Positions 36,790 through 51,211 of a DNA stretch of 64,000 bases are shown piece by piece. Numbering within the stretch: the first letter of the stretch is position 1; every line of letters begins with the position of its first letter. The translations under genes were made by a program, and so were the position numbers. Source of the DNA: Bugula neritina (taxonomy: Eukaryota > Animalia > Bryozoa). The DNA is taken from the NCBI GenBank assembly GCA_964035545.1, contig OZ037770.1, positions 12,762,642-12,826,641 on the forward strand. The letters are read 5' to 3'. Below the pieces are notes generated by a model. That model was not told the origin of the DNA. It saw only the letters and a list, made by a program, of their open reading frames with translations, and searched no databases.

Positions 36790-39700
36790 ATGGCATTTCG
36801 TTCCCGACATAAAACAGTTTACAAATCGGCTTTATCGATTCACACGGAACGAACTGATGAGCGATTTCAAACTGCTCATCATAGAATTGTAACAGCTGAT
36901 CAGGTACAGGGATGTTTTTCCTCGACCATCAGGAGGAGGGGGGGTTATTTTAATTTTTATAAATTTTAAAAGGGTGTGCAACTCAACAAAATTGAATTGT
37001 AGGTAGCTAGTTATTAGCTTCAACTAAACTTTGTAAGTACAAGTTAGTTGTTAATATTAGAAAAATCGCTTTAGATTTTATTAGTTGTTACCAAGTGGTG
37101 TCCACAATTTTGAAAATTGCCCATTGTACATTAACTTAAAGTTGAAAATTCAATTAGGTCATTTATAAATATTGATTAGGAATTTAGGAATTTGGTGTTT
37201 CCAGGTTATAAGTTTTAGGATATCTCTAACTAGCAGATTGCAGTGATTTTTAGCGATCACTATTTTTATTGAAAAAGAAACTTAACATTAACAAATATAT
37301 TTTAGATATTATAATAAATGCTAAGTGTTGAGTGGGCAACATTAAACTAGACAAGGAATCTAACCATGTCAGTCCTTCAATTTGTGTACACACCTGTGTG
37401 CTTTCTTATCTGTGCAGTATATTACCTTGCTGAGTTGTTTGTAATGATGTAGGAGGAAAGAGTTAGATGGGCTCACCACGAGCCGAGTGTGTCAGCCGGG
37501 GAACGAATAGTAGCCACTAGACATGGTCAAGTTTACCTGCACAATGTCTCAATTTACCTGCCACCAATAGTAAGGTTGGCTTGGCCTACGCTCCTCTTTG
37601 CCGTGAACCCCGAGTATGACACCGCCGTGCAGAAGGATCCAACCCCCTGGCACGTCACAACGGCAACCTTTGTCCCCTCACCTGTCCACTCCGGTTCACA
37701 AATGAGGTGAGTTTCAGCTAAATTGTGATTTGATAGCCTCAGTTATTGTCAACAATTTCTGTTGAGTTTTTCAGTTTCAATTTAAGAGCAGTTGATATTT
37801 TACACAATAATAGTTTTAACATAAAGCCTGACTAATATTATTCTTATTCTCTCATGATAAAAAATAAATGCATGCTTGACCTTGCACGGTTTCATTTGAC
37901 CTTGTGTTACAAGTTTGACCTTAATTGTATAGAAATATAACACAGTGCAGTAAGGAAGTCCTCTACCTCTCTTCTAGAAAATTTGGGGAATTTTCTAGAA
38001 GCCTAGTTTTAGAGAGCTGAATAGAGAAAAGTTCAACACTGACTACTTTCATATATTGGTGAATGCCTTTAGGCTTTAAGTTATATGCTATGTCACCTGT
38101 ATGTGTTATTTGAGAGCAGCGGTCGTCTTAGCCTAGCAAACACGAGCAAGGTCATGGGTTCGAACCCCAGTAAAGGCCATTGGTGATGTTAGGAAGAGCA
38201 TCCAGTCATAATTGCTCCTGTGCCTCATCTGAATAAGTCCTTACCCTGATTTAACAACAAATCTTTTTCTGTCAGCGGTTCTCACAGGAATAGTGACTAT
38301 AAACCCACATGAGTATTTCATATGTCTCTTTCCCACAGCTCCAACTACACTGCCGTACACTATGCTGCTACTCACGTTGAGCTGATCATGGAAGAGCACA
38401 CTCATGCCAGTCTAGATGTCAATAACTTTGTCGAGCACTTGGAGCCGGAAGTCTTTGAAAGCTTACCTTATTCTCTGGCCGAACATCAAACTCATCTGCT
38501 GAAGGTAAAAAGCTATGTTTCTCAGTACTGCTAGTATAATTAATTTGCAGTGAAGCCGTGAAACCTGTGGTTTTTAGAGTATTTCGGAAAATAACTGTTC
38601 CATTTGACACAATTGTTGACTGTAGGACAACATGTTTTTCTATCCAGGTAGATGTATGCTATACTGTGTAGATAGATGTTCATGTTTCCGTAAAACATAA
38701 ATAAATAACTATACTAGTTTCATTTGTTATTAGTTTAATAAAAGAAGTTTTGTGATAATCAGGTATACAAAGCAGATTAAATGCAATAAATAAAGTGTTC
38801 GATAAAACTAATTAATCATAGAGTGATACTCGTATATCAGTATACTACACAGTGTATGGAATCCTCATGAGTCATGCTCAGGTCACATGTCATTGACCCA
38901 TAATTTGTAACAATGCTTAATTACAAATTTTTCAATGAGAAAACTTTTAGGAAGTTGAGTAAATTAAAGTATTAGAACTGAATAAATTTTTTGACAAAAA
39001 AACATCATCCTGTTTTCTACACAGTGCAGTATAGAAACTGATTAGTGGTAGAGTTGTGGTATTTCTATATTGTACAATTTTATTGTATAATATTTTCTGC
39101 ACTTTCAAATATTCAAGTAAAGTATTTGGTCTTTAGCTGCTAAACTTGGGATGCACGTGTAACCATTTGGACACATATTTTACTTCACTAATAGCAATAC
39201 TGACTCATTAGTGCCTAAAGTGAGACTCTAATATATAAATGTGCTTTTATATATAGTAGATTAAAGTTATCGTAATAGATATTTTTAATTTTCTACCCTC
39301 GAACTAGGGGGACAATGAACTGTCAGATTATTTTATAGGGAGAATATTTTATCAATAAAATGTCTTTTATGGTGAGTTGTTACTAATCTTGTTTGTATGG
39401 GTCTTTTTATTTAGATGGTATTTCGGAAATACCAATAGGTTTAATGGTAAGATAACTCTACTATATCAAACTTGGGTTGAAATTAGGAGTTACGCTCTAT
39501 TGTCAGTGAAGTCATAGTTTACTGTACAGCTAAGTATAAGTTGTCTGCTCTTGTTTAGGCTGTGATTCTGGCCGATTTTGTTGCAACTGCGGAGCTGTCA
39601 AGTCACTCCTCCGCCCTCAGCCTGGTCAACCATCTTCTGCCACCTTTCGTACTCGCCGAGACTGTGCAGGTGTGTAACAACTCCAATAGTAAAGCAAATT

Positions 39701-42145
39701 CAGAGTTATGCCATGATATTTTACCTGGTTTTTTTGTATGAAAACAATTAAAATTTGTGAATTTTATATCTCAAATGTTCTGCTTTCTGTTATTTTTAAC
39801 GGTAAAATATTTTATTCTGTTTATTATATATACACCAGTTAGTTGTCACGGTGGTTGTTTGTACAGTATGTCATTCATCAAGCTGTTATACTCAAACTTT
39901 TCCTTATTTGATGTCAAAAATTCTTAGAGGTGATTTTGCTCATTAGGAACATTATAACATAATTTAAAAATTAAATTCATTGATTCATTAGCCATAATAT
40001 CTGTATGACCTGTGTATGACCTCTGTATGAACTTTAGCCTGTTGGCCTTCAACTGGTGCCCCCTAAAACTCACTCTATGGGACTGCGCGACATGGCCATT
40101 GTCGGAGAGACAAACTTTGAGGAAACAACGCTACGTGCACGTCAGGTCTGTTTCTATTGGCCACCGAGCAACCTGCTCAACTTGCTCAACCCTTAGACAG
40201 TTACTGCCTTTCCATTACTTCGAGTTTTGCTAATAGATGTTCATATTGTGAAATTTTGGTTACGGTATCATTTGATGCTACTGTTTCCAAACTTGATGAA
40301 AATTCCATTTGGATGATGCTTAGTGTGCAAATGCAGTGAGTACAGTGTGTTCAATGCTTCTCTTGTGTACGTACAGACCTCCACAGTTGATATTGCCGGC
40401 ACCAGCTACCATGTTGCTCAGCTGCCCTCTGCAATCTCCGTCTCAGAAACTCCTGTGTATGAGTCAGCTTCACCCATGAATGTCGCTCCAGAAGTTAAGG
40501 AAACCCCACAACCTAGAAGGGTAGAGTATTATAGTATAGTGTAGTCTAGTATAGTGTAGTATATAGTATAGTATAGTATAGTGTAGTATAGTATACAGTA
40601 TAGTATAGTACAGTATATTATAGTTTAGTATATACAGTATAATATAGTATATATTATAGTATAGTATAGTGTATTATAGTATAGTACAGTATATTATAAT
40701 TTAGTATATACAGTATAATATAGTATAGTATATATTATAGTATAGTGTATTATAGTATATAGTATATATTATAGTATAGTATTGGATGGTATGGTCTTGT
40801 ATAGTAGAGTAAGGTAGTAGTCCTCTAGGTGATATTTATACATATTAAACAGTATTATATACATATTGAAAAGTATTTTATACATATTGAAGGTATTATA
40901 TACATATTAAAGATATTTTATACATAATAAAGGTGTCACTACCAAATCAAACGATGCCGGAATCTAACAAGCTGTTCCAGGATGTGCTGAATAAGGTTAT
41001 CGAGGACACAAAGATCACAGAACCTTTCTACATGAGACATATATTTGCTAATGACGACACCCCGGACCATGTGAGTCGGAAATTCTACTTCCTGTCGGCC
41101 ATGTTTGCCGGAAATATAATAGATAAATTATTTATAGTACTTTTACATGAGGCTTTTTGAAGCTATTTTAATTTGATGATAAAGCGAGGTTCAACTAAAA
41201 TGTGTGTAACTGTTGACTGGAACAAGAAGTTGTGCTCCCCTGGCTTCCCTTAGTTTCTGTTAGTAACATTATTGTGTTTGTAGGGCTGTAAATCACACCA
41301 TCAACCCAGGTTATGTAACATTTCTGAATTTTTAGCATTGCTTGTGATTGAAGAAATCTTTAGGATTGTCACCGATTTTTCTTTTTCAATCAATAATGGC
41401 TAAAAAAGGTCAAGTTTTCCATGGAAGCTTCTCAAAATTGACAGAATATAAGTTTATTTTATTATGTTCCAAAAATAAAACTAACAAATTTTGGAATGAG
41501 GGACAGGTTTGGTGTTTCTGTTTTAACTTTATGTGCTGTAAATTTTTTTATCAGTTCAAAACAATCAACGTGTTAGAAAGTGCATCAAGTCCATAAGGGA
41601 AGTTTTTTGCATGTCTTAGTCCTTACTTGTAGAACTTAGGCTAATTATATATCCTTGACCTTTGATTATAGGTGTTGATTGTTCCTAAAAGCATGGTTTC
41701 CACAACTGAGCCCAGCGACGAGTTAGATCAGTCAACTAAACTAGGTCAGTCGACTAATTTAGACGATTCCTTCGAGATGAAAGCTGCGTCACCAACATGT
41801 CCGCCAGGTTATCGCAAGTCTGTCCAGGTAAACCCCAAGCAACGGTTTTCAATCTCTGACAACATCCGGCACATGTCCGAGGATATCTCTTATCTGGACA
41901 AGGAGTATTCGAGGCAGCTGCGGAGGCTGACTCACGCCGGCGTAAAGGCGAACCCGGAAAAGGAGAACACCAAAGAGCTGCGCCGTCTAACTCACGCAGG
42001 CGACAAGATGTGTCTAGACAGAGAGTACGCTAGACAGCTGAGACGGCTCACTCGAGAGTTCCGCAAGTTTAGCGATCTGATTGGTGATGACTCGGATGAA
42101 GATAATTTGCCTCGGAATGAGCGTGCTATGTCGGTTTTGGAATAA
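36790..42145 (+). CDS. Uncharacterised protein, 8 predicted exons, with C-terminal R-[QE]-LRRLT repeats
   Basis: Phase-compatible GT-AG exons ~36790-36903, 37453-37706, 38339-38503, 39559-39669, 40038-40145, 40378-40520, 40933-41070, 41672-42145; exons are GC-richer than introns. No domain recognised and the start codon is tentative. Confidence 0.7.
38112..38315 (+). mobile_element. tRNA-derived SINE copy
   Basis: B box ggttcgaaccc; core ggtgatgttaggaagagcatccagtcataattgctcctgtg. Confidence 0.85.
40527..40930. repeat. (TAGTA)n microsatellite followed by a ~21-bp minisatellite (tattttatacatattgaaag)
   Basis: Directly visible within an intron. Confidence 0.88.
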
Positions 42146-43869
42146 TCTCCACCTTGTTTAGAGAATATAACTGAAAACTGTTAACATCTTGGTGGAAGTT
42201 GGGCGCTGAAAGTTTTGTTTCCTCATAAATCATTGTAAAAGTTAGAGTTAAATCCTAAAAACATAAGTCATCACAGCTCCATGATTTTATTAAATATTGT
42301 TCAATGTTAATAACTAATTTTAGAAGAGAATTTTGAACTTTTGTCAAGCTTTTGTTGCGGATAAATAAATGATAGATTTAATTGAATATATGTTGTCCTT
42401 TACCTATTTGTCATCTTTTACGTAATTCTTGTCAAATAAAGTAATGTTGAAGATTTAAAGTAGTAAAATATGCTCTCATATCAAACTGAATACTATAAAA
42501 GCTTTATATTAAAACTTAATATCTATTTGGATGAAAAATTGTATGCATATAATATTCATTTGAATATAAAATTACTCATGACTTAACAAATGCACTCTAT
42601 AGACGATGCAAAACACCAATTCCTAGTTCTGTCTTTATTTCTAAAAACATCATAGTAATTTACTGTAACTGAAGCCAAAGAGATTGTCTGCTCCTGTTAA
42701 TTTTCACCGTGATGGTAGTACATTCATAGCATTAAAATTCTAGATCTACTGCATTACACAATGAAATTTCTTTTGATAAAAATTCAGCTTTTTAGTCCCC
42801 AATTAATTAACATTTTACACTATTCTAACTCCTTTACCCATGCTTGCATAATTAGTGATAAATTTCAAGATACAAAAATTGGTTTCAAAATTACTTTATG
42901 TAACTCCGTCATCTTTAGTTGGCCTTCAAAGGTGACAATCGCGGAGGCCACACACACTAAACTGACTCTTATATCTAACTGATGACCTTCAAACTAGTTT
43001 CAGGCAAATATTTTCTGAGATTTAATCTTCACATCTATGCAGTTCTCAAGTTGAAACTGTCAGTCAACTTCTGTTTTGTCATTTGAGTGCAGAATTTAGT
43101 GTTTAACTTTTTATAATCTTCTAAGAAAATTTTGTAATGACAATTACTCTTTATATAATAGCTCATGATTCATCATGTTGTTGACACTACACAATACTAG
43201 CAATATAATGGGAAACAGGTACCTGGCCTATTTTTGTTATGTGGGCTTTAAGGAGGGGAGGGGGGTGAGGGGTCTTTAATAACCAATCTCGCTTTTACTG
43301 AACAAACCACTAAACCTAAAAGTCAAAATAATCCCACAAGATGACTAAAATATTTCAACAAAACACATTAATTTGTTTGAGTTTGTAATATAACTGTAGA
43401 AAATGTCTGAGAAATTTTCCGAATTTTTCAGTCTGTGGGGCATGTTAAATGCCTCTCTCAAACTGAGCACTACAATGGATAAAGAACAGATGAAGACACT
43501 TGGAGTGCATGACGTGTTTAAGCAGAGTCTATCATAAATACCAATACAGTGGCTTATTGTTCTGTCATTGATTATTGCCCAAAGATATGAAAGGAATTAA
43601 TTAGGCCATGCTACAGCCCAAATATTTGTGCTATTTCACAGCGACTGGCGTGGGAGGTGCATTGTACAGCACACTCCGCCCAAGTTTAACAGGGCATACG
43701 TGACCACGATACAATACATGAGACACGTTGTGGCCTGGTTTGATAAAGTTTATCACGTAAACAGATTTAGCCAGATAACCTAAAACTAGCAATAAAGCTG
43801 TCTAAATTTCTGGCACATGTGTTCTGCAAAACATAGGTTTAGGTTTGAACACATTATTGGGAAAAGCAT

Positions 43870-43876
43870 CTCTCTT

Positions 43877-43965
<89 letters not shown>

Positions 43966-44105
43966 GCACACACACGCACATGCATGCACTTTCCCTCTCC
44001 ATTTCTCCCCCTTCTCACTCACAACGCACACCCCCTCTCTCTCACACACTCCCTCTCTCCCCTTCTCTCCCCACCTTCCCCCTCTCTCCCTCCTCTCTCT
44101 CACAC
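43870..44105. repeat. (CT)n(CA)n compound microsatellite / polypyrimidine tract
   Basis: Directly visible; source of the SLSLSL and ERERER spurious ORFs. Confidence 0.95.
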
Positions 44106-46655
44106 AGAGTAGTAGACACAGCCATGGTACCTACTCAGTCACCTTGCATTGTTGGGACAACAGATTACTGATTTTTTATGAATGAGTGCTTTGCTGTTGT
44201 TTCAAATGAATAGACGTTCATAAGAAATGAATAACACAAGGTGGACCACAACCCTTTAGAAAACAAATAGTCAATACAAATACTTAAAGTGGTGGCTGAA
44301 CCCATCTGCATAGTTTGTACACAAAGCCTTTTTCACTAACAGCTATTCAAGTGCGTGCATGCTTTCTCCACACATTTAAGTAGAGCTAATTTCACTGATT
44401 AGACAGACTTTTTCAGCGTCAACATCGCTAGTTAATTTACAAAATCAGCTTTCTGCTGCTTTTAAATCTATTGAGTTATAGTATAGAACTCTAAAAAAGT
44501 TGGATATCACTGCCGGTTTTACTCGACTTATTGCGGTAGTCTACCCGCTATATAGGTGAGTTTGATTGTGCGCAAAACTTTACTTATAAAGTAAGCTGTA
44601 ATCTTAAATTTGAGCATTATAACTTTAATACTAATATACTTTTTGGTTCATGGTATAGTATTAGTATCGTTTTAATAAAGTCGTACTAGAACAAAACTAT
44701 TGCTAACAAACAACTATAGTAACACATTTGAAAAAAACAGTACCTTAATTAAAACTGTTTCCAGTGCAGTAAATAAATCCAAATGCAATCATAAAATGTT
44801 TTAACTTTTCAGAGTTTTCGATACACAAACTAAAGCTCTGTTGTTTTCATTCCAATAGAGTAAATTATTTAAAATGCAAATAACTGGTACCACAAGTAAT
44901 TATTTTTCTTTCCCCTTTGGACTCTGGTGAACTTGTGTCTTTTGGTTTGTTTGTTTTTTAAAAATTGTTCACATGGCAAATATCTTGCTACTAGTTCTGA
45001 CTAGTAATCTCCTAGTTTTCAACTTTTCATGAGTTCCTTATTGAAATCTGAAATATTACCAATCAAAATGCATAAGCAATCTAGACCAGGCTTTACGATT
45101 TATCTTCTCCTTGACCATGTGAAGATATCATATAATTCAAGAAGGATTTAACTATCTTTAATTGGCTCTACATCTTATTGCAAACAAAAAAGCGGCTAGT
45201 ATTTTAATGAAGGCTAAATTAGTTCAGGTAAGCTCTTGAAAAACAAGGAAAGACGTGTAACTGTACACCGTTGATTTTGAGACTGTAGTATTTTTACTTG
45301 GAGTTGATGAATAGCGCATTGGGGCACTTGACATGTTCAGTCGCTCTTTCTATTTGCAGTAAACAACCTTTGAAAACTCTACATGCAAAAGTTGTTACCT
45401 GCAAAAATGTAAACAACTTTTTCCAGGCCAGTGTGTTATGTCAAATACACTGACAAACAAAATTCTTGGCTTGCAGCTAAGTATAGTATGCAGGCTAAAC
45501 TTAGCTGCAATCTCTTTGGTATGCGGCCAATCAATTTATCATCATCTCCATATAACACATGCAAGTTCTTTTGCAAGAACTCTGCTGGTTATTCCCCAAA
45601 TTGTCTATGATCACTTTTTCGGTGTTATCTTGCATATGTTATTTAATAAATATTGCACACACAGTTCTGTTTGAATAATAATTTTAAATTTCTACTATGA
45701 GAAGAAAATTATGATTTGCTAAACAACAAACTTAATGGAGGAGAGGGGGTGGGAGATTAATTGCAGTAAGTTGAATAATATTGCATCATAGCATTGCTCC
45801 ATCACTCATGTGCAAAATGTTAGGAGCTGGCATGAAATTAATTTGCCTAAATTGTGGGTAACTTCCTTGACTATAATCATTTCCCTGAAATCTAGAGGTT
45901 TTTTAAGCTTCTGTAATTTTTCAAGCTTCGTGCTATCCACTAAAAATCTGTAATTTCTAACTGTGTTGGCTGTCGCTGTTTTAAAGAAAATATAATGTTT
46001 TGAAAACCAGGCACCAACATTTTGTGAAGAAAGTTTCATCAACTGTAGCACTGGCCGGAAACTTTAAAACTAGTAGTTAAAGGCTAAGTTAATCAACTGT
46101 TTACTTAATTTGAATATCAGTCCGATAACTTCACTTTGAGATGCCTTTGCATTTTTGAAGGCAGACAACTCTTGATTGAAATACTAAAATTTAAGTCGAG
46201 TTTACAAAATAATGCATAAGTTCTCATGTACCCTTACTGCTTTACCTGGTCTATTCCAGACACCTGTATAGACAGTGTCAAGTCAACTCCAAACACCTGT
46301 AGCTAATGTCAGACTGAGCATCCCAAGATGCTATGCAATTAAAGCATGCAGTAAATAAACAATCGACTTATTTTTGTACAACTATAGCAGATTACTGAAT
46401 ATAGTTCCTAGTATAAAATTCCTTGCTTGTTTATTTAATAATCTTGTTGATCTCTCTAAAGTCTACTATTTGATGACTATCATTTTCAGGTCAATTTCAT
46501 ACCATTAGTCTACAAGTGAACCATCTACTATGTATATCACATAAATGAAAAGTATCAAACATCTTTTACTATTCTATGCAGCAAAGCCATAAAACTACTA
46601 GTAGTAGAATGCTTAAATGATAAAATTAATCAGTTTAATAAAATAACTCTGTATG

Positions 46656-46745
<90 letters not shown>
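46656..46745. repeat. (TA)n microsatellite
   Basis: Directly visible. Confidence 0.95.
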
Positions 46746-47159
46746 TAAAAAGTCAGCATGAACTTAGCAGAAAAAGGCTTTTAAATGGAGGAAGCATCAC
46801 CTGTACATTAAAAGCATGGCAACAAGCAATTAGCTCATTGGCAACTGGCATATTGACAACTGACAATTGGCAATTGGCAGCTGTTTTGATCTACTTCCTG
46901 TGTACATCTTGTAAAGTAAGCCACTACTGGTTTTAAATATAGAAATGGCAGCTTCACCTGTGTACCTGTACGTCTGTATGTCTGATGAGGCAATGGAAGT
47001 TTGTTGACCTGAAAGTGCAGTTAGCAAAACACTTTCACAAGCCAAAACCTTGTAAACCAACAACTCTTGTGGAAAATTTTGCAAACAGCAATAAAACAGT
47101 ATTTTATAATATTACAGATTATTCATGTTTCTTCATATAGTCATATTTTACAATCATCT

Positions 47160-47362
47160 CAGGCAAGTTTATAGTCACTTTTCCTGTGGGAAGCCCCCTG
47201 ATGGAAAGTTTTTTTGTTAATTCTGGCTAAAGAGTTTTTCAGGTGGAGCAATTATGACTGGATGTTATTCTTAACATCACGAATGGTCTTTACTGGGGAT
47301 TAAACCCATGACTTCATGCTTACTAAGCCAACATTTTAACCACTAGACCACGGCTGCTCCCT
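47160..47362 (-). mobile_element. tRNA-derived SINE copy
   Basis: ggagcaattatgactggatg..taacatcac.aatggtctttactggg..cactagaccacggctgctccc, the reverse complement of the family. Confidence 0.8.
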
Positions 47363-47560
47363 ACTTCACAGCCATCTAATAGATATTAATTTGTTTTTTA
47401 AAGAAAAAATCATTAGATTTCAAAATTCAATACAATCCGACTTTGTATGGCATTAAAATAAATTGAAGTATGTGAAAGTCGTGTTGATATAAATGTTTGA
47501 GTGTAAATAACTTAGTTATATTATATTTGTGGTTTTACTGATGTTATTTATGATTCTCCA

Positions 47561-47634
47561 GTAACTCTGTAGCGTAATGGTTAACATGGTGGCTTGCAAG
47601 CTGGAAGACTGGGGTTCAATTCCTGGTGCGGACT
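47561..47634 (+). pseudogene. tRNA-like sequence (SINE head or tRNA pseudogene)
   Basis: A box tagcgtaatgg and B box ggttcaattcc at tRNA spacing, but the acceptor and anticodon stems pair poorly. Confidence 0.5.
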
Positions 47635-50600
47635 TTATTTCAAAATATTATTTAGCATGATAAATGATTGTTTAACAAAAATTCAAAGCAAGCTTACTTA
47701 ATACTGATAATTAATGTATTGCATCTAAACAGACTAGCTAGGTGTTTGATTTTACAGTCATTCATTGACATGGAAAGTGGAAAGCGGAAAGCGCTTTTTT
47801 TGTTATGAAGATACTTTTAGCTCTATAATACTATAAAGTATAAACATTTCTTAAATGCATTTAAGTAGCAAAAACTCTACAGAACAAGTACCAGGAGAAA
47901 ACCAAAAAACTGTTCAGTGTTTTGTCATTTTCAGACTACTAGCGCCATTTGTCTGAGCTATAGAATGGTTTCAGTCAGCTAATGTGTTGATGTTACATGC
48001 TTTAAATTCTTCATCTAGCAAAATCTGCTGTTGGCTCCATTCTTAGCCACATCCTGTTACTAGGCAATATGTAAATAAATAATAGTATATAAATTAATCC
48101 ATGTTTCTTTTGATTCAGCTACATAATAACACTATAATATATCACTATTCTAATACTAATTTACTTGTTCTACATCCACTACCCTAGATGCATTCACCAC
48201 AACACAAACATTGCATGGAAATGATGAAATTTTAATAATATTTTCTATTGCAGCTTTTGACAAAGTTTTTGCTGTATTTATTCCACTAGTTTATTGTTAG
48301 GAAAGGTTGGTTTGCGCTTGAAAGGAACTTTATGTTTATTCCTTCTAATTAGTGAAAACATTTTGTACGTTTTTCAGCAAAAACTTTCATCTGGGACGAT
48401 AACAATCTTACGTGACTGTGCAACAGCCTAAAGATTTGTCGTATTTATTTTGTAGTCCCGTGGCCAAAGGGTTTTCGTTGCAAAGTAAGGCATAACCTTG
48501 TATACTGCTTAACATACTGTTTTCCAACAGAGTGTTAGCCTTAAGCCATGATTTAAAATACTTGAATAATCATTTCAGCTGCAGCTGGTGTATAAAATTA
48601 AAATATTTACATAAAAATGTTCAACGCCCTAGCTGCCGGCATTTTGCTGCTGATATTACATAATCAATTTCTCACAGCCATTTTGAAATAAAGGAAAATT
48701 TGTTCCATATTAAAGTCAGGCGCTGAAAGCATGAGCAATATTGTAGGCAGACAAAAATTTCCAACGTGCAATATTTTCTAAGGAAATCACGCCACCACCT
48801 GCATAGCCTAATATCCAACTCAGGTGCATCGCTAAATCAATTATCTAAAAATAACGTGATTGCTTACGTACTTATCTTGACCTCTTTCCTAAATATAAGG
48901 TGTTGAGAAAAATTTTTAGCTTTGATAGCAGGATGGAATAAATTGTTAGAATTCTACTCAGTTCATATATCTTTAGGGCATGGCTTTGCTGTGATTTTGC
49001 GTGCTGTAGATCAAGAATAATTGGCAGAATGCCAAGTTGTAACCTAACTTTATAATCGGTGTGGCATCAACATATTGAGTTGAGGTCTATAATAACTCAC
49101 ATGCCACAGTTGATCTCCATGTTTGTTGCTACTAACTGTCCAATGAAATCCCGACGATGATCAAAGAATTAAATTTTTGGTTTTTATTCAAGGTAATAGT
49201 GGAAATAAAGTCATATGTAATCACTAAAGTTGGTAAAAGAATATATTAATCCTTCGAATACAGGATCAAAACAGATAAAGTGAAGTAGATTTATTTCATA
49301 TTACTTTCGATGCATGAAAAATTCCTGGAAGCAACAGAGCATAATAATTGATTAATTATTGTTTCTATTTAAATCTTTCAAGTAGTTGGTATTATTTCAC
49401 AGTGTAAATTTGATTGCAATAACTTCTATCAAAATGAGAATATTTTAGCATTCGAAGGACTTATTAGGTAATATGGTCACTCAAAGCTAATGATCACTAC
49501 TTATCTTTAAAGTTATCGTGCTGACATCAAAGACTAGAGTTGACCAGGACTTGTAATACACCAGATGTTAGACTTTCTTGACAAAGAAAATAACTTCTTT
49601 TCAGTACACGTGTCTGCCATTTTGCATACCTGACATTGTTTTAGTGTACAGCTATCCTTGTCTGATTAGAAGAATGTATTTACGGTTGCTGGCATGAGCG
49701 GCACCACATCATGCCCTATTTTGATTGGATACATGTTGGCGAAATCTTAGTAGTGCTACAATTTTCAAGCACCTCATGAAACAATGAGGTTGACTGTATA
49801 ATATTGTGGATTATGTTTACACACAATGATGCAAATTGAATTAAGCGTGAGTAATTACGGCCTTGCTTTATACATTATATAAGTTATTAATACCTGATTG
49901 TTCGTAGGAGCTGCTCACATATATTAACTCCGGGTAAGAGGAAAGTCTACAAAGTTTAAAGCCGGTAAACTGCGTCAGCTAATGAAGGGCTAGTCAGGTA
50001 TGTATGCTGACAGACAGCTTATTGCTTTGAAGTTTTAAGTTTTCTGCTGCTTCAAGAGTAACCCAAGTTCAAATGTTTAACTTTAACTTACTTTGAAATT
50101 GTATAACTTTTGCAGCTTCTCATATGCGTGGTAGTAGGCTATTTCACAAAGAATGAATTGTTATCAAAGTTATCGAATACTTAAGAAACATCCTATGCAA
50201 CTTTGTTACAGTTGTTAATTTAATATTAAACATGGCTACTATGATCTCAAATTGTTTTTGTTGCCTAGTTAATGCGTAGTTTAACCTGGTACCATACGTT
50301 ATATTTAAATTGTTATGTTGAGAAAATTAAATTGATTTAAATATTTTTATTAACAAGTGTGACTTAGATCATATGTTCACTATTTAATTGCTAAGCACTA
50401 AGTTTTAATACAAATACATGGCTGGTAAAATCACATGAAGTATTGAGTTTAAGCTAGCATCGGTCAGGCACTTTCTACTTCCTGTGAAAAATAACCAGCA
50501 TTTTAATTCCACCAACAATTAGCATCAATTATTTTAACTTTAGTTTTCAATGTTCTTTGTATACTCACACACAACTCTTATAGTTCTTCCTCTTATACCT

Positions 50601-51211
50601 AAATATAGCTACTACTGGCACCCCTACTGTTTTGATAATGTGGGCCTGCAGCTAATAATATAAGATAATTGAGGTATGCAGTTAGTCAAAGTTCTTTTGA
50701 CTAGAAGTTGAAATGTTTGGGCCAACTATCTAAAGAAAACAAGAGCTATTATTGGTGTGTTGATAAGATAATTGGGTAAATACTTCTTGTGGGCTACATC
50801 TTCGTACACTCAGTTGACAAATTTACTTTCATTGATTCACTAGTAGATGCTTGTCTTAGGTCATATAGCTGGTAAGAGTTTATTATTGATCATAACTAAA
50901 TTATTAGATCAAAGACTTTTTTAAATCAAGATATGAATTTCACATGTTTTTTCGAAAACAGTATTTAAAAGTTTCATTTTGGTACAAGTCTGCTTTGTGT
51001 AACCTTGGAAGAGTTACATCTGCAAATCTTAGTCTTAATAACTTTATGCTGATTCTAGAAAATATCAATCAGCAGTTAAAACTGAAAAAATGTTCATTTA
51101 TTTTTTGTCATAGGTGTTCTTCCCTTAAATAAGGTGATAAGTTACAGGTTTATGTCTATTTATATAGTCACTATTCAAACAATATATCAATTTTTATTGT
51201 GTTTGTAGAAC

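Noticed and set aside
43786-44185. ORFs of 105-122 aa on both strands
   Set aside because: They are translations of the (CT)n(CA)n microsatellite.
46981-47000. Other CTGATGA occurrences (also ~30620, ~36854, ~42978) as hammerheads
   Set aside because: They lack a stem II followed by GAAA and a closing stem I/III.
47561-47634. Functional tRNA-Ala(TGC) gene
   Set aside because: A and B boxes are present but the stems do not pair well enough; kept only as tRNA-like.
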